DNA from: an uncultured bacterium
GTDB taxonomy: Bacteria > Desulfobacterota_D > UBA1144 > Nemesobacterales > UBA2774
Direction: 5' to 3'
Assembly: GCA_963705505.1 (NCBI GenBank)
Contig: CAVPJU010000006.1
Coordinates: forward strand, 448,001 to 512,000
DNA length: 64,000 nt
The stretch's first letter is position 1. Each line of letters begins with the position of its first letter. A program made the translations under genes and the position numbers. Shown here one piece after another: positions 40,036-49,360 of this stretch. The notes beneath the pieces were generated by a model. That model was not told the DNA's origin, made no database searches, and worked only from the letters and a program-made list of their open reading frames with translations.

Positions 40036-40075
40036 TGTATGGACGGAAACAAACGGAATTGTACGAAAAACTACA
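40036..40075. promoter_or_regulatory. Tandem TGT-N10-ACA enhancer-like sites
   Basis: TGTATGGACGGAAACA 40036-40051 and TGTACGAAAAACTACA 40060-40075, 24 bp apart, ~80 bp upstream of the sigma-54 promoter. Confidence 0.6.
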
Positions 40076-40093
40076 AATAAAGGGATATCTATC

Positions 40094-40648
40094 TTAATGT
40101 ATTTTTTCTAATTCCTGCCTTGCGATAACGGCTTCTCTCGAATCGGGGAATCTGTCTATCAGGGTTTTGAAAAAGAATTTGGCTCCGTCCTTTCTTCCGA
40201 TTTTAACGAGCGAAAGGCCCTGTTTCAGATAAGCGTCTGCAACTTTACTGTCGTTGGGGTAAGTGTCTATAAATACCTGATAAGCCAGGATCGCATTCAA
40301 ATACTCTCCCTGGCTGTAAAGGTCATCGGCTCGCTGGTATAGATCACCCGTAGTCGTCTCTTTTACCCCTTCCTTTTCTTTCGAGGGTTTCGGTACGATC
40401 TGTTTCCTCACGAAATCGTCCATTTTCATGTACATTTCGGAGTAGTTCTGCTCGAGGCTCCTTATTCTGGCCTCCTGTATTTCGAGCCTTCTCTGAACGT
40501 CGTTTAAATCGCTCGACATTTTCTCGACTTTATTTTCAAGATTTTCCTGCCGCTGATTTAATTCCTGAATGGAGCCGGGGCCGGCAATGCACCCTGCGAG
40601 CAGGCATGAGAGGGCCAATATGAAATAAATTACTATACGCATGAACAT
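40094..40648 (-). CDS. CpoB/YbgF-like coiled-coil + TPR lipoprotein
   Basis: Lipobox LAGC, coiled coil, FIDTYPNDSKVADAYLKQG...LIDRFPDS. Confidence 0.8.
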   Translation of the reverse strand: MFMRIVIYFILALSCLLAGCIAGPGSIQELNQRQENLENKVEKMSSDLNDVQRRLEIQEARIRSLEQNYSEMYMKMDDFVRKQIVPKPSKEKEGVKETTTGDLYQRADDLYSQGEYLNAILAYQVFIDTYPNDSKVADAYLKQGLSLVKIGRKDGAKFFFKTLIDRFPDSREAVIARQELEKIH

Positions 40649-40800
40649 CCCCGGGTTGAGTGCAGGAGTCTGGCTTATTTAAAAATAGCAAACTCCGAGT
40701 TAAGAATTATTTGGTATTAAATCCGAGTTGTCAAAGCCTTCCGGCTGGTTATTGATGTGTAACAGTTTTTGCCCGGAAAGCAGGATGGAAAATCGAGTAT

Positions 40801-40837
40801 AAAAAAAGCGGCAGGAACGGGGGGACCGTCCCTGCCG
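40801..40837 (-). terminator. Rho-independent terminator of the LysM gene
   Basis: CGGCAGG...CCTGCCG stem followed by T7 on the minus strand. Confidence 0.7.
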
Positions 40838-40914
40838 GATCATCTGCCTTAAAGCAGATTAGCCTATTGCTTTTCCAATAAATGTATTGGTATGGGGAGT
40901 CATTTCGACTCTAC

Positions 40915-41565
40915 TTAGGCACCTTTGTCTACTTTCTCCAGTGAAATCACCGTTCCGTTCTCGACTTCCGCTATCACGAAGTCGCCGACAGCTATGCCCT
41001 TGAGTACCTCTTCATCCTGAAGCTTTAAGGAGTGTGTCTGTCCGTTTTCCTCTTTCAGCATCAGGCTGTCATTCTTTGCTCCTATTTGAGTGATCTCGCC
41101 TTTTATATTCTGCTCTTCCGCGGCTTTGTCGCTTTCACTCATGGCATCGCCGCTTTGACTCCGCTCAGACGAGCTCGCTTCACTCTGCTGGGCTGAGTGC
41201 TCTGCCTGCTGGGAAGTCGCTTCATTCTTTGCGGTAGAACCGGTTCCGTCCTGACTTGCAGGGATCGTCAGTTTCTGGCCCGCGAAGATCCGGTCGGGGT
41301 TTTGGATATTGTTAGCCCGTGCTATTTCCTGCCATTTATCGGAGGAGCCGAGCTCTGCTTCAGCAATACTTGCGAGCGTATCCCCGGACTTAACCGTATA
41401 CTCCTGTCCCCCGCCGCTGGGATTCGCGGCAGGATTCTGACGCGAGCTCTCGCTTTCCTGCATACTGTCTTGAGGATTTCCGTATTGATCGGCCGCATAA
41501 GCCGCACTTACTCCGCTGAGAGCAAGTCCTGTTACTAAAAGTGATGATAGAAATAAATGTCTCAT
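40915..41565 (-). CDS. Secreted LysM-domain protein
   Basis: Signal peptide; YTVKSGDTLASIA...IARANNIQNPDRIFAGQKLTIP; C-terminal OB-like region. Confidence 0.9.
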   Translation of the reverse strand: MRHLFLSSLLVTGLALSGVSAAYAADQYGNPQDSMQESESSRQNPAANPSGGGQEYTVKSGDTLASIAEAELGSSDKWQEIARANNIQNPDRIFAGQKLTIPASQDGTGSTAKNEATSQQAEHSAQQSEASSSERSQSGDAMSESDKAAEEQNIKGEITQIGAKNDSLMLKEENGQTHSLKLQDEEVLKGIAVGDFVIAEVENGTVISLEKVDKGA

Positions 41566-41608
41566 TGCTTAATACCTCCCTGGTATTAGGATTTTAATGA
41601 CTGTTAAC

Positions 41609-41624
41609 CGCAAGCTCCGTGCCA
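41609..41624 (-). promoter_or_regulatory. Sigma-54 promoter of the LysM gene
   Basis: Minus strand TGGCACGGAGCTTGCG, near-perfect consensus. Confidence 0.85.
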
Positions 41625-41643
41625 ACCGTGATAAATCTAAAAT

Positions 41644-41875
41644 ATTGCCAATGATGAACACCGCTTACTTTCACTCCGGATTGGAATGAAAAAAAGGAAA
41701 TCGTGAATTTAGTTGAATATGAGACAAACCGAGTTGTTTTAAACCGGACACTATCGGTTTTATTCCAGATATTGAGAGATCATTAATTTGGCTTTTTGAA
41801 AACATTGAATTTTCAGAAGGAAAAGCGGGCAGAAATATCTTTTACTTCAATTTCGATACGTGTTCGGAGATAAAT
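41644..41875 (+). repeat. ~230 bp diverged direct repeat, copy 1
   Basis: Shared blocks ATTGCCAATGATGA, AATATGAGACA, CTTTTTGAAAACATT, AATTTTCAGAA, ATTTCGATACG, GGAGATAAAT recur at a constant ~1736 bp offset. Confidence 0.85.
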
Positions 41876-41930
41876 GAACTTAAGCCGCTCTCTTTGCCCA
41901 AATAATAAATAATTCATATCCTGAAAACGG

Positions 41931-41972
41931 GAGCGGGTTGTAAATACGAATTCTCGTATTTACAACCCGCTC
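41931..41972. terminator. Perfect 19-bp stem hairpin
   Basis: GAGCGGGTTGTAAATACGA-ATTC-TCGTATTTACAACCCGCTC, downstream of the 42023 gene. Confidence 0.6.
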
Positions 41973-42022
41973 GACATTCAATCAGACTTATGGATTAAAG
42001 CATTATGCGTACATGAAGAAAG

Positions 42023-43380
42023 TTAAGGTGTTACAAAGATCTTACCCTTCTTCGGCTGCAAAGTGATGCTGCTCACGATACTTCCCGTTTCAACATCCCT
42101 GTAATTGCCTCCGAGTGAAATCGTGACAGTTTTCGTATCGCTGGGATTGACCACCACTTTGCCGAATTCCCACTCCCTCTGATACGCGCTATTCAAGTAA
42201 GCAAATATTTTAAGGGGCTTGCCCAGGTTTATGTTTTTTACCTTCTGAAGCAGGTCGTCCGGAAGGAAATTTTGCGCATAGGCCATGCCTCTTCCGTTTT
42301 CTCTGACAAGAAGAAGCGTGGAAAGAGCGTACCAGAAATCACCGAATCCGGTTTGAACAACCGGTTCCGCCCTTCTATTTTGGATCATGTCCTGAGCGGC
42401 CATCACTCTTCTCAACCAAATAGTTTCAGATTCAGGTTTTCCTTCCGGGTTGCTCGTCCATGTCTCAAAATAGGCATAATCCAGATACTGCATGAGTTGG
42501 GGATATATGTCTCTGTTAAAATATTCAGAATCGACATCGCTCCATATATTGGCAAAGTATTTTAGACCGCCTGCCTCGTTATCCGCCCTCTCTCTCAGCC
42601 TTATAGTGGCGTCCAAAACATCCTGCTCCCTTTCCTCACGAGTAAAAGGTTTTTTGGTAGCGGGGTTTACCGGCATCGCGCTCCATGCCCAGGGTGCGAA
42701 AACCAGGTAATTATCCAGGAACCTCATGTTCCATGCCCTATCGGTATACGTTCCCTGCCACCTTCCCCCTGCTATAGACGACGGGACTTTAATGAAATAG
42801 TTAAAATAAAAGTCGACAAAGTTCGGATTCCCGTGATCTAGAGCCTGCTCGGCCGGAATCCAGGGATGAATTACCACTGCTCCATTGATATCTTTAAGTA
42901 TCCATTCGGGGTTATTTTTCATTATATAGTCAGTTATATATGTCTCCACCCAGATTCCATGCAGTCTTTATTATTTGTGGAGTTTGTAAATCCCCAATTG
43001 TCGTAAGGACCGCAAAATTTAACGTGCGAACTATTCCTTATATAAGGGCACCAGGTTTGGGACGGTGTAGCACCCCACCAGGTCAGAACTATCTTGCAAT
43101 TGTTCTTTATCTTATCCGCCGTTTTGAATTGATCCGCATTAGCGTTGGTCCGATTCGGCAACGAATAAGTGGAACAGGCCAGTTCTACGCTCGGAGAATC
43201 GGCACCCGATACGGGAGGAGGAGTTGGGGTTGGGGCAGGCGAACCAACGGGTGGGGGTGTGGGCGTCGGCGCGGGGGTTTGCGTAGGTCTCGGAGTCGGA
43301 ACGGGGTCGGTGTCGGTGCGGGTGTCGGCGTAGGTACGGGGGTCGGGACTGGCTGCGGCGATAAAGTTATGCCGTTATTG
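42023..43380 (-). pseudogene. 5'-truncated, doubly frameshifted gene: Pro/Thr linker + putative glycoside-hydrolase-like domain
   Basis: Three ORF pieces (43185-43487, 42934-43161, 42023-42949) join by adding one base near 43303-43306 and one near 42945-42951; NPEWILKDING, YQREWEFGKVVVNPS C-terminus; no signal peptide or credible start. Confidence 0.65.
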
Positions 43381-43610
43381 ATTGCCAATGATGATGCCGA
43401 TTGCTCTGATATCAGACCGGAATGTAAAAAAGAAAATCCTGAGATTAGTTTAATATGAGACAGTAGGAGTTGTTTGAAACCAGACAATGCCGGCTTTTTT
43501 CAGATATTCAGAGATTGTTAATTTCACTTTTTGAAAACATTTAATTTTCAGAAAGAAAAACGGGTAGAATTATCCTTTGGTTCTATTTCGATACGGGTTG
43601 GGAGATAAAT
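43381..43610 (+). repeat. ~230 bp diverged direct repeat, copy 2 (upstream of the kinase gene)
   Basis: Matches 41644-41875 block by block. Confidence 0.85.
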
Positions 43611-43613
43611 TAA

Positions 43614-44882
43614 TTGAAGCTCAGTAAGCAGATCAGACTCGGGTTCGGCCTCATGCTGGTTCTCATGGTAATTATCGGGGGCCTTTTCGTATTCAACGTG
43701 TACAGATTGAACGAAGCGGCTTCAAATCTTGAAGGACGCTATTCCACGTTGTACAAATTGTTCTCGAATCCCGACAGTCAAATAAAATCAGACCCCGGAT
43801 TCGGGAAGGAGATCGTGGACAGGGCGGTAACACTGGTGGATCAACAGCTTAAATATAATTATACATACGTGCTGATAATAGTAGGCGTCTCACTCGTTTT
43901 CGGCGGGATAATAGCGATTCTCTTCCCGGCCAAGATCACAAAACCGATAGAGCGTCTGATAACGGTAACAAAAACGGTCAAGAAGGGGGATTACTCTTAC
44001 AGGATCAAGAGCGTAGGGGAAGCGGACGAGATCTCCGTATTAGCCGGCTCGTTTAACGAAATGCTGCAGAATATCGAAATCACTCACAAGAGCAACCTGG
44101 AACTTATAGAGCAGACAAAAAGATTCAATGAAACTTTGACTGAGAGGGTGGAAGAGGCGACCCGTGCGATAAGGGACCAGCAGAACGAGCTTATCAAAAC
44201 CGAGAGGCTGGCTACGATAGGGGAGTTTGCGGCGCGGATAGCGCACGAGATTAAAAACCCGCTGTCGGGTATAACCGTAGCGCTCGAAATGATGAACAGC
44301 AAATCGGAGGACCAGGGCCAGCAGCAGTCTATCTCGGAAGTCTTAAATGAAGTCAGGAGGCTCGACCGTATTTTAAAAGAGCTCCTCCAGCTTTCGATTC
44401 CCAAGGAAATGGACTTCAGGAGAGCGGACCCCAACGATGTGGTGGAAAGGTCGGTCATATTGGTAAATCCGAGAGCGGATGAAAAGGGAGTGACGATCGA
44501 AACGAAACTCAACTGCGATGAGGAATACAACCTCGATTATGAACAGTGTCAGCAGGTCGTCATTAATCTATTGATAAACGGCATCGATGCGGTTAAGCCC
44601 GGGGAGGGGAAGGTAACCGTCGAGACCGGGAGCGTCCAGGGAGAGCTTCGTATAAGCGTTACCGATACCGGTCATGGTATATCGCGGGATGAGATGGACA
44701 AGGTATTCGAACCCTTTTATACGAGCAAGAAGCAGGGGACCGGGCTCGGGCTTGCTATATCCAAAAGAATCATCGAAGCGCACAAAGGTGAAATTACGGT
44801 TTCTAGCGAAGAGGGGAAAGGGTCGACTTTTACAGTCATTATACCCCGGAGTGCTGAAGGGAGAGCCAAAATAACCGTCTAG
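43614..44882 (+). CDS. HAMP-domain sensor histidine kinase (NtrB/AtoS type)
   Basis: ERLATIGEFAARIAHEIKNPL, NLLINGIDA, DTGHGI, FEPFYTSK, GTGLGLAI. Confidence 0.93.
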   Translation: MKLSKQIRLGFGLMLVLMVIIGGLFVFNVYRLNEAASNLEGRYSTLYKLFSNPDSQIKSDPGFGKEIVDRAVTLVDQQLKYNYTYVLIIVGVSLVFGGIIAILFPAKITKPIERLITVTKTVKKGDYSYRIKSVGEADEISVLAGSFNEMLQNIEITHKSNLELIEQTKRFNETLTERVEEATRAIRDQQNELIKTERLATIGEFAARIAHEIKNPLSGITVALEMMNSKSEDQGQQQSISEVLNEVRRLDRILKELLQLSIPKEMDFRRADPNDVVERSVILVNPRADEKGVTIETKLNCDEEYNLDYEQCQQVVINLLINGIDAVKPGEGKVTVETGSVQGELRISVTDTGHGISRDEMDKVFEPFYTSKKQGTGLGLAISKRIIEAHKGEITVSSEEGKGSTFTVIIPRSAEGRAKITV

Positions 44883-44944
44883 CGCTTCGAATAAAGTAAG
44901 TTTAAGATATAAAACCCGATATTGTTTTTTAAGAGGAATAAAGA

Positions 44945-46321
44945 GTGAGCCAACTGATACTGATAATCGACGATGAGGAGTTCCTTTGTAAAAAATTGAG
45001 TGAAAGTCTCGAGGATGAGGGATTCCTTGTGAGCACGGCGAATAACGGAGAGACAGGGCTGCTTTTGGCCAGGAGGGATAGTCCGGATCTCATTCTGCTC
45101 GACCTCAAGCTACCGGATATGGACGGGATCGAGGCACTGGGCCAGATAGATAATATGGACCCTCGCCCTGTAACAATACTTATGAGCGGGCACGGCAATG
45201 TGGACATGGCGGTCTCTGCGATCAAGAAGGGCGCTTACGATTTTGTAGAGAAGCCTTTTTCACTAGACAAATTAAAAATAATCGTCAAGAACGCCCTCGA
45301 TAACGTCAGACTCAAGAGAAGCCTCGATACGAGGTTAAGGAGCGAGCAGAAGCAATACGGGTTTCATTCGTTAATCGGAAAGAGCGATGCGATAAGGAAT
45401 ATTATAGAATTATTCGAGAAGCTGATTACGACGGACCCTAAAACCATTCTGATAGGCGGGGAAAGCGGGACAGGTAAGGGCCTTGCGGCGAAGGTGCTTC
45501 ACCATAACGGCGTAAGAGCGCAAAAGCCGATAATAGAGCTCAACTGTGCGGCGATACCGGAGACGCTCCTTGAAAGCGAGTTATTCGGACACGAGGCGGG
45601 CTCCTTCACGGACGCGAAGAAGATGAAGACGGGCATATTCGAGGACGCGAACGGCGGCACTATTTTTCTCGATGAGATAGGGGATATGAGCCTCTCTCTT
45701 CAGGCGAAACTGGTCAAGGTGGTTGAGGAGAGGACCTTCAGGAGAATCGGCGGTAAGAGGGATATCAAGGTTGACGTAAGAGTGATAGCTGCAACGAACC
45801 AGGACCTCAAAGAGCTCGTGGATAAGAATTTATTCAGGGAAGACCTTTATCACAGGCTGAATGTTATAAATTTCGCGATGCCGAGTTTGAGAGAGCGAAA
45901 GGAGGACATACCGCTTCTTACCGAACATTTCGTCAACTACTTCAATATGGACCTTAATAAAAACATAAAGCATATCCCTGAGGAGATCGAAAAGGCATTT
46001 ATGAGCTACCAGTGGCCGGGCAACGTGCGGGAGCTGAGGAGCGCTATAGAGAGGGCAGTTTTACTGAGCGAGGGAGACACTCTCAATCCGAAGTATGTAC
46101 AGATAGACGAGCAGAGCAAGGGGGTCAAAATTCAGGGTGACGAGCATAAGATGTTTTTCGAGCTCGACCTCGATAAGCTCACCCTCGAGGCCGTGGAGGA
46201 AATGGTTATTAAAAAAGCGCTTGAGCTCAACAACTGGAACCAGACCAAGGCCGCTGAGATGCTGGGGGTTACGAGGCAGGTGCTGCGGAACAGGATGATT
46301 AAGATGGACCTTCTGAATTAA
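44945..46321 (+). CDS. Sigma-54-dependent response regulator (NtrC/AtoC family)
   Basis: Receiver domain; GESGTGKG; ESELFGHEAGSFTDA (GAFTGA variant); FLDEIGDM; WPGNVREL; Fis-type HTH. Confidence 0.95.
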   Translation: MSQLILIIDDEEFLCKKLSESLEDEGFLVSTANNGETGLLLARRDSPDLILLDLKLPDMDGIEALGQIDNMDPRPVTILMSGHGNVDMAVSAIKKGAYDFVEKPFSLDKLKIIVKNALDNVRLKRSLDTRLRSEQKQYGFHSLIGKSDAIRNIIELFEKLITTDPKTILIGGESGTGKGLAAKVLHHNGVRAQKPIIELNCAAIPETLLESELFGHEAGSFTDAKKMKTGIFEDANGGTIFLDEIGDMSLSLQAKLVKVVEERTFRRIGGKRDIKVDVRVIAATNQDLKELVDKNLFREDLYHRLNVINFAMPSLRERKEDIPLLTEHFVNYFNMDLNKNIKHIPEEIEKAFMSYQWPGNVRELRSAIERAVLLSEGDTLNPKYVQIDEQSKGVKIQGDEHKMFFELDLDKLTLEAVEEMVIKKALELNNWNQTKAAEMLGVTRQVLRNRMIKMDLLN

Positions 46322-46550
46322 TATATATATTTTACCTATGGGCAGTTCTTACGGATTTGAGGCGGAACATTTAACAATCCGAACTACAACAATTTCATAC
46401 TCGCATTTAATTTAATATTTCCTGAATAAAAATAAGATAGATTGTTTCCGCCTGATTCGATCGGCTTTGAGCTTTCGGAGAAAAAATTGTAATATGTCGT
46501 TTTATAGTTCCGGTTTGTAACGAACCGAGCCTGACTCAAGGAGTGACTAA

Positions 46551-46820
46551 ATGGGATTCATGGAGATTATATCATGGATTATATTCGGTCTTGCCGCAGG
46601 AGCGGTGGCAAAGCTGCTGATGCCCGGAAAGGACCCAGGAGGTTTCGTCGGGACTGTCATCATCGGAATAGTCGGAGCGCTGGTTGGCGGATATGGGGCG
46701 AAAATACTTTCCATAGGACAGGGGGTTAAGCCGGGATTCGATATTAAAAGCTTTACGTTTGCGGTTATAGGCTCGATATTGCTGCTGATTGTATATCGTT
46801 TTGTTAAAGGTAAAGGGTGA
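46551..46820 (+). CDS. GlsB/YeaQ/YmgE-family stress membrane protein
   Basis: WIIFGLAAGAVAKLLMPGKDPGG...GIVGALVGG. Confidence 0.9.
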   Translation: MGFMEIISWIIFGLAAGAVAKLLMPGKDPGGFVGTVIIGIVGALVGGYGAKILSIGQGVKPGFDIKSFTFAVIGSILLLIVYRFVKGKG

Positions 46821-46879
46821 CGAATCATGTTCCCTGATCTCCTTTAATTGGTGAATATTCGTATGCCTCTCTGATTACA

Positions 46880-47638
46880 ATGCCAAGATTAGAAAAAGTC
46901 GTCCGGTTCCTGGACGATTATCTCAAAACAGACGACGTGAAGGATTCCTCCTGGAACGGACTCCAGTTCGAGGGGAGGAGTGCGGTAAAGAAGATTGCCT
47001 TCGCCGTGGACGCGGGCGTCGAGAGTTTCAAAGAGGCGGTAAAACAAAATGCTGATTTACTCGTCGTGCATCACGGTCATTTCTGGGATTTCCGTAACCC
47101 CTCGATAGCCGGCTGGGCGAAGGAAAGGGTCAAAATTCTCTACGAGAATGATATTTCCTTATACTGTAGCCACAACCCCCTCGACAGGCACAGGGAGGTC
47201 GGACATAACGCAGAGCTTCTGAGGCTGCTCGGCGCAAAGATAACGGACGAGTTCTTTCTCTATCACGGCAGAAATATAGGCTGGATAGGGGAGTGCAGGA
47301 AGGGGCTTCCGCTCAAAGGAATCGAGGAGAAGCTCAACCGGGAGCTGAGTACGGTATGCAGGGTGCTCCCCTTCGGGAGGGAAAAGGTGAGGACAATCGC
47401 CGTCTGCAGCGGCGGGGGGAGCTACAGCGGGTTTTACAATGCCCTCGACGCGGGGGTCGATTTATACATCACGGGGGACTCAGTCGAGATATACCACACG
47501 GCTAAGGATGCCGGGATAAACGTAATATTCGCCGGACACCACGCGACTGAAACACTAGGGTTAAAAGCTCTGTCCCGGGTTCTAGGTAAAGAGTTTGATA
47601 TAGAGACCGTTTTTATCGACCTGCCGACGGGATTGTGA
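46880..47638 (+). CDS. Nif3-like dinuclear metal centre protein (YbgI family)
   Basis: NGLQFEG, VHHG, SHNPLD.H, AGHHATE. Confidence 0.92.
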   Translation: MPRLEKVVRFLDDYLKTDDVKDSSWNGLQFEGRSAVKKIAFAVDAGVESFKEAVKQNADLLVVHHGHFWDFRNPSIAGWAKERVKILYENDISLYCSHNPLDRHREVGHNAELLRLLGAKITDEFFLYHGRNIGWIGECRKGLPLKGIEEKLNRELSTVCRVLPFGREKVRTIAVCSGGGSYSGFYNALDAGVDLYITGDSVEIYHTAKDAGINVIFAGHHATETLGLKALSRVLGKEFDIETVFIDLPTGL

Positions 47639-47685
47639 AAGATTGCCCGCTCGGATTTCACCCGGTTCCCGTCCCCCCGGTTCAA

Positions 47686-47714
47686 TTGACAAAACATGCT
47701 CTAAGTCTTAGAAT
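47686..47714 (+). promoter_or_regulatory. Sigma-70 promoter of leuA
   Basis: TTGACA-N17-TAGAAT. Confidence 0.7.
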
Positions 47715-47740
47715 AATTTAGATTTGAGGAGGCGTAAGAG

Positions 47741-49288
47741 ATGGGCAGCGAGAATATGGTAAAGATATTCGATACGACTTTAAGGGACGGAGAGCAGGCC
47801 CCGGGCTGCGGTATGACCGCGGAAGAGAAGTTGAGGGTAGCTCACCAGCTCGAGAAGCTCGGCGTCGATGTCATCGAAGCCGGGTTCCCCATTTCTTCGG
47901 AAGGGGATTTCCAGTCCGTAAAAATCATAGCCGAAAAGATACGCGGGTGTGAGATAGCGGGTCTCTGCAGGGCTAATTTCAACGACATAGACAGGGGCTG
48001 GGAGGCGGTCAAGGATGCCGAGTACCCGAGGATTCATACTTTTATCGCAACCTCCGACATACATCTCAAACATAAGCTCAGAAAATCGAGGGACGAGGTG
48101 TTAGAGATCATCAGCACCGCGGTCAAGCATGCGAGACACTATACCGAAAACGTCGAGTTCTCGTGCGAAGACGCGACGAGGACGGATATCGATTATCTCT
48201 GCAGGGCGGTGGACGTCGCTGTAAGGTCGGGCGCAAAGATAATAAACATCCCGGACACCGTCGGATACACGGTCCCCGAAGAGTTTTCGTTCATAATCAG
48301 GACGCTCAAGGAAAAGGTCCCCGGCTTGGACGGCGTTATTCTAAGCGTCCACTGCCATAACGACCTCGGGCTCGCCGTGGCGAATTCCATAGCGGCCATC
48401 AGGGAAGGAGCAAGACAGGTCGAGTGCACGATCAACGGGCTCGGAGAGAGGGCGGGGAACGCCTCGCTCGAAGAGATCGTAATGGGGCTCAAGGTCAGGA
48501 ATGACCGTAATCCCTACCTGACGAGAATAAACACGGACCAGTTATACCCGACGAGCAGGCTTGTCTCACAGGTCACGGGTGTGAATGTGCAGCCCAATAA
48601 GGCGATCGTCGGGGCAAACGCTTTCGCCCACGAAGCGGGGATTCATCAGGACGGCGTGCTCAAGGAAAGGATCACGTATGAAATCATGGATCCGGCGGAA
48701 GTCGGCATTCCTTCAAACAAGCTTATCCTGGGAAAGCACTCCGGCAGGCACGCTTTTAAAGACCGCCTCGAGGAGTACGGATATTTCCTGGACGACAAGG
48801 TGTTCGAGAGCGCCTTCAAGAAGTTCAAGGACCTAGCGGACAAGAAAAAATACGTATTCGACGAGGACATCGAAGCCCTTATAAGCGAAGAGTTCGTCCG
48901 ATCGTCCGATTTTTACAAACTGATATCCGCAAATTATTCGGGCGGGTCTGATATGCAGCCCGTTGCCACCGTGAAGCTGCTCATAGACGGGAAGGAAGTT
49001 ACCATCTCCGAAAGCGGGGACGGCCCGGTGGATGCGGCGTATCAGGCGGTATCCAAAGCCACCGGACTCAATCCAACCCTGGAGAACTACGTAGTCGCCT
49101 CTATAACCGAGGGGATCGACGCACAGGGAGAGGTCACGGTCAGGGTTGAAGACGAAGGGGTCATCACCCAGGGCCAGGGATCGAACACCGATATTGTGGT
49201 TGCGAGCGTAAAGGCATACGTCAACGCCCTCAACAAGCTCCGCTGGCGTAAAGAGCATCCGAAAAGGGTTACGTCCCAGGGGATGTAA
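47741..49288 (+). CDS. leuA: 2-isopropylmalate synthase
   Basis: DTTLRDGEQ, HCHNDLGLA, NGLGERAGN, HEAGIHQDG, LGKHSGRHA, regulatory GDGPVDA. Confidence 0.96.
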   Translation: MGSENMVKIFDTTLRDGEQAPGCGMTAEEKLRVAHQLEKLGVDVIEAGFPISSEGDFQSVKIIAEKIRGCEIAGLCRANFNDIDRGWEAVKDAEYPRIHTFIATSDIHLKHKLRKSRDEVLEIISTAVKHARHYTENVEFSCEDATRTDIDYLCRAVDVAVRSGAKIINIPDTVGYTVPEEFSFIIRTLKEKVPGLDGVILSVHCHNDLGLAVANSIAAIREGARQVECTINGLGERAGNASLEEIVMGLKVRNDRNPYLTRINTDQLYPTSRLVSQVTGVNVQPNKAIVGANAFAHEAGIHQDGVLKERITYEIMDPAEVGIPSNKLILGKHSGRHAFKDRLEEYGYFLDDKVFESAFKKFKDLADKKKYVFDEDIEALISEEFVRSSDFYKLISANYSGGSDMQPVATVKLLIDGKEVTISESGDGPVDAAYQAVSKATGLNPTLENYVVASITEGIDAQGEVTVRVEDEGVITQGQGSNTDIVVASVKAYVNALNKLRWRKEHPKRVTSQGM

Positions 49289-49360
49289 GGCCTCCTAAAC
49301 TCTCATAGTCTGAGTTCCCGCAACTAAATCGACGGACATGCTATATACTTACTTGGAGTT

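Noticed and set aside
43200..43360. Short-period repeats as CRISPR or VNTR
   Set aside because: They encode a Pro/Thr linker with synonymous variation; no repeat-spacer structure and no cas genes in the window
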